Assembly (NCBI GenBank): GCA_964590495.1 | Contig: CAZPWQ010000001.1 | Location: forward strand, 13,502-77,501 | Direction: 5' to 3' | From: an uncultured Balneolaceae bacterium | GTDB taxonomy: Bacteria > Bacteroidota > Rhodothermia > Balneolales > Balneolaceae | Length of the DNA stretch: 64,000 bases | Part shown: piece after piece, positions 63,079-64,000 of the stretch | Position numbering within the stretch: position 1 is the first letter of the stretch | Layout of the letters: every line of letters starts with the position of its first letter | Made by a program: the position numbers and the translations under genes | Notes under the pieces: generated by a model | What the model was told of the DNA's origin: nothing | Database searches by the model: none | What the model saw: only the letters and a program-made list of their open reading frames with translations

Positions 63079-64000
63079 TTAAAACGTGGCGTTAATGCCC
63101 AGACTAACTGTTCTGCTACTGGGATAAGAACCCCGGTCGATGCCCCTGTACTGATCATTCGCAGCAGGCAGTGAGGGATCCAGTCCATCATAACCTGTAA
63201 TAGTAAACAGGTTTTCACCCTGGGCAAAGATTTTCATATTCCTGAATCCCGGTAACCATTCTGTAGGAACATTAAACCCGATTTGAAGATTTTGCATCCT
63301 GAGATAGGACCCGTCCTCCACATAAAAATCGCTGAGCTGTTGTCCGCTAAAGGTATCACTCTCGTTTATCTGTGGATATTTGGCATTCGGGTTGTCAGGT
63401 GTCCATGAATCGGTCAGCAAGTCCCTCCGTACATTGGTACTGAAATTACGGAAGACGTAAAATTCTTTCTGGGCATCCCATATATCGTTCCCGATCGAAG
63501 CGAACAGGGTGGTGTTGAAACTCCAGTTTCTCCACCGGACTCCAAGATCCAGCCCGCCAGTGAAATCCGGATGAGGAGATCCGATTATCGTCCGGTCAGA
63601 TGAATTAATTATTCCGTCTCCATTCAGATCCTGGAATCGAATTCGTCCCGGTGCGGCACCATCCTGTTCGGCATGTTGATTGACTTCAGTGTCATTCTGA
63701 AAATAACCATCCGTGACTAATCCGAAGAAAGCACTGATAGGATGACCAACCTGATTACGGACCTGGTTACCGAATCGTGTTGATATCGGACCGGAGAAGA
63801 ATTCCTGTTCCCCGTCTATCCGTACGATTTCATTCCGGTAGTGAGTACCGTTGAAATTTACACTCCAAAGGAGATCCTCGCCGATGGTTCCCCGCGTTCC
63901 GAGCTGCAGATCAAAACCGGTGTTTGTCATTTTGCCGATATTGACCGTCGGTGGCTGGGCTACTCCGGCCGTTGCGGGAATATTGGGAGCAAACAGCAGG
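63079..64000 (-). CDS. susC: SusC/RagA-family TonB-linked outer membrane protein, C-terminal part (5' end beyond the right window edge)
   Basis: The frame is open from the window edge (…NIGKMTNTGFDLQLGTRG…). It ends with ...ENLFTITGYDGLDPS...YPSSRTVSLGINATF, the typical SusC C-terminal strand. The track lists only the part from an internal Met (63079..63930). Confidence 0.9.
   Translation of the reverse strand, partial: LLFAPNIPATAGVAQPPTVNIGKMTNTGFDLQLGTRGTIGEDLLWSVNFNGTHYRNEIVRIDGEQEFFSGPISTRFGNQVRNQVGHPISAFFGLVTDGYFQNDTEVNQHAEQDGAAPGRIRFQDLNGDGIINSSDRTIIGSPHPDFTGGLDLGVRWRNWSFNTTLFASIGNDIWDAQKEFYVFRNFSTNVRRDLLTDSWTPDNPNAKYPQINESDTFSGQQLSDFYVEDGSYLRMQNLQIGFNVPTEWLPGFRNMKIFAQGENLFTITGYDGLDPSLPAANDQYRGIDRGSYPSSRTVSLGINATF

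Noticed and set aside
1-64000. Searched by eye for tRNA, rRNA, tmRNA, RNase P, SRP RNA, CRISPR arrays and known defence-system genes (nucleases, helicase/ATPase pairs, toxin-antitoxin pairs).
   Set aside because: None was recognised. All intergenic gaps above 150 bp were read, and apart from the 9925-10236 region they contain only repeat elements, terminators or AT-rich promoter DNA. A covariance-model scan would be needed to exclude small RNAs rigorously.

Overview
64-kb chromosomal window from a Bacteroidota-type genome: three SusC/SusD pairs, many lipoproteins, and AT-rich intergenic DNA full of palindromic repeat elements. A Balneolales/Rhodothermales-like marine or halophilic organism is a guess, not a measurement. 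Layout: (i) 1-12.8 kb is housekeeping: the 5' part of a multi-PAS sensor (minus strand, runs off the left edge), thrS-infC-rpmI-rplT-pheS-pheT, a coiled-coil ORF plus zapA, a 312-bp structured non-coding gap (6S-like sRNA or leader), a ymdB-like phosphoesterase, a lolD-like ABC ATPase and a YfgM/TPR-like membrane protein. (ii) 13.1-18.9 kb is a periplasmic oxidative sugar module: GMC flavoprotein with a Tat-signal small subunit, DUF1080, a Tat-exported xylose-isomerase-like TIM barrel and a NupG-type MFS permease. (iii) 19.0-53.0 kb is a 34-kb array of 14 genes, all on the minus strand. It holds four giant FG-GAP/VCBS + UnbV/ASPIC (CRTAC1-like) lipoproteins, two paralogous SusC/SusD pairs, a small lipoprotein, a beta-propeller dehydrogenase-like protein with a C-terminal azurin domain, two DUF1080 proteins (one fused to PA14), a cytoplasmic TIM barrel and a Gfo/Idh/MocA oxidoreductase. 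I recognise no classical glycoside hydrolase, lyase, sulfatase, peptidase or transcriptional regulator in it, which makes it the best candidate for an undescribed system. (iv) 53.2-61.1 kb holds an FG-GAP/PQQ-like propeller protein, a TonB-dependent receptor with four DUF4249-like lipoprotein paralogues (one truncated), and an AT-rich four-helix-bundle (23S-IVS family) gene cassette. (v) 61.3-64.0 kb holds a third SusD and the 3' part of its SusC. No rRNA, tRNA, CRISPR, transposase or integrase gene was recognised. All family assignments come from reading motifs in the supplied translations and the DNA; no database search was run.
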